Shown here piece after piece: positions 17,385-18,584 of a DNA stretch of 18,584 bases. How positions within the stretch are numbered: the stretch's first letter is position 1; each line of letters begins with the position of its first letter. The translations under genes were made by a program, and so were the position numbers. The stretch lies in contig CAYVSA010000039.1 in assembly GCA_964454175.1 (NCBI GenBank), positions 1-18,584 of the forward strand, read 5' to 3'. This DNA comes from an uncultured Pseudomonadota bacterium. GTDB lineage: Bacteria; BMS3Abin14. Below the pieces are notes generated by a model that was not told the DNA's origin, searched no databases, and was given only the letters and a program-made list of their open reading frames with translations.

Positions 17385-18308
17385 GTGAGTAAAAACAAGA
17401 GCACATCGACTTACAGCAAAGGGCTTGAAAAGTCCCGTATGTCCCTCCTGGAAAGGATAAGGTCAGCAGTTTCAAGGGGCAAGGACCTGGACGAAGAGCA
17501 GCTCGATCAGATAGAGGAGGCCCTGATCCTTTCTGACATGGGTGCACTGTATGCCGCAAACTTCACACTGGAGCTGAGAGGGGCAGTTGGTGGCACTGGT
17601 ACCTGGAATGAAGAGCAGGTGAAGCGATTCCTCGCAGATAGTATAGCTGCTGCCGTAACGCCGTCAGAAAAGGGTAGATTCGAAGAGATCACTCCCGTAC
17701 CCAGGGTGATAGCCGTGGTCGGAGTGAACGGTACCGGGAAAACCACCACGATCGGAAAGCTTGCTCACAGGTTCAGGCAAGCTGGAAAGAGCGTTATGCT
17801 TGTGGCGGCTGATACCTATCGGGCTGCAGCAGACAAACAGCTGAAGGTGTGGGCAGAGAGATCAGGTTCGGATTTCAAGGGCGGGACAAGTGGAAAGGAT
17901 CCAGCAGCCGTTGTCCACGATGCCTTGAATGCGGCTCGCTCAGTGTCATCGGACATCGTGATGATCGACACCGCAGGACGGCTTCACACCAAGGAACCCC
18001 TGATGAGAGAACTGGAAAAGATCTGCCGTATCGCGGCGAAGATCGTTGACGAAGCACCCCACGAAGTCCTCCTTGTTCTCGATGCCACCACAGGACAGAA
18101 TGCCCTCGCGCAGGCCAGGACATTCACTGATACGGTGGGGGTGACGGGCGTGGTCCTCACAAAAATGGACGGATCGGCCAGGGGCGGGATACTGATACCA
18201 GTAGTTATGGAGCTTGGGCTTCCAGTGAAATACCTGGGAATGGGTGAGGGGATAAACGACCTCCTGCCCTTCGATCCTGCGGCGTATGCGGTCTCGCTGA
18301 TCCGGTAG
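17385..18308 (+). CDS. ftsY: Signal recognition particle receptor FtsY (short NG form)
   Basis: GVNGTGKTTTIGKLA, AADTYRAAA, DTAGRLH, LDATTGQN, TKMDGSARGG, GMGEGINDL. No long acidic N-terminal domain. Confidence 0.97.
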   Translation: MSKNKSTSTYSKGLEKSRMSLLERIRSAVSRGKDLDEEQLDQIEEALILSDMGALYAANFTLELRGAVGGTGTWNEEQVKRFLADSIAAAVTPSEKGRFEEITPVPRVIAVVGVNGTGKTTTIGKLAHRFRQAGKSVMLVAADTYRAAADKQLKVWAERSGSDFKGGTSGKDPAAVVHDALNAARSVSSDIVMIDTAGRLHTKEPLMRELEKICRIAAKIVDEAPHEVLLVLDATTGQNALAQARTFTDTVGVTGVVLTKMDGSARGGILIPVVMELGLPVKYLGMGEGINDLLPFDPAAYAVSLIR

Positions 18309-18310
18309 AA

Positions 18311-18472
18311 AACGGTCACAGGACCCAGGTCCCATGGCCCAGATAGTCGCTTCGCTCCTGTCTAATGTCCAAGGTCCCCTTCGACTGATTAGCTACGCTC
18401 CCTTCGGCAATGCTCAGGACAGGCAGGGCAGGCAATACCCGATCTCCAATATCCATTTTCCGATCTCCATTG
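18311..18472. repeat. Composite spacer: heptamer runs plus REP-like CCCTTCG...CAGG motifs
   Basis: 7-mers AACGGTC ACAGGAC CCAGGTC (18311-18331), TGTCTAA TGTCCAA GGTCCCC (18359-18379), and CCCGATC TCCAATA TCCATTT TCCGATC TCCATTG (18438-18472). CCCTTCG at 18377 and 18400. Confidence 0.65.
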
Positions 18473-18512
18473 ACTTTTAACCTGAAACAGGTTACTTATT
18501 TTTGCCTTCATT

Positions 18513-18584
18513 GGCGGTGTAGCTCAGGCGGTTAGAGCATGCGGCTCATATCCGCAGTGTCCGGGGTTCAAGTCCCTGCACCGC
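18513..18584 (+). tRNA. tRNA-Met (CAT), elongator type; last bases cut off by the window end
   Basis: Cloverleaf GGCGGTG TA GCTC-AGGCGGTTA-GAGC A TGCGG-CTCATAT-CCGCA GTGTC CGGGG-TTCAAGT-CCCTG CACCGC, anticodon CAT at 18547-18549. G1 and the lack of a GGG/CCC anticodon stem argue against initiator. Ile2 is not fully excluded. Confidence 0.93.

Noticed and set aside
18513-18584. Initiator tRNA, or an integration site for a mobile element
   Set aside because: It lacks initiator hallmarks. No integrase or duplicated tRNA 3' end is seen, and the downstream side is outside the window.

Overview
Bacterial chromosomal core region, probably deltaproteobacteria-like (inferred from gene order and the lexA-dinB pairing). 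The + strand carries the 3' end of a divergent EF-G paralog, then an MPG-phosphatase-like HAD gene, rnc, era, mgtE, recO, glyQ-glyS with a terminator, a dGTPase and an exported diheme cytochrome c. The - strand carries an overlapping three-gene SOS-type cassette: lexA, an 84-aa beta-rich ORF, and a dinB-type Y-family polymerase with a C-terminal clamp motif and RecA-N-terminus-like tail. A perfect 22-bp palindrome overlaps the cassette's putative promoter. Divergent from it are smc, a roadblock/LC7 gene, ftsY and an elongator tRNA-Met cut by the window edge. The intergenic DNA is notably patterned: 7-bp-period arrays in four spacers (one with 27 in-phase units), a duplicated multi-hairpin element ahead of the cytochrome, a nested REP-like motif after ftsY, and a bipartite motif flanking glyQS. 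No CRISPR array, transposase or integrase was seen.
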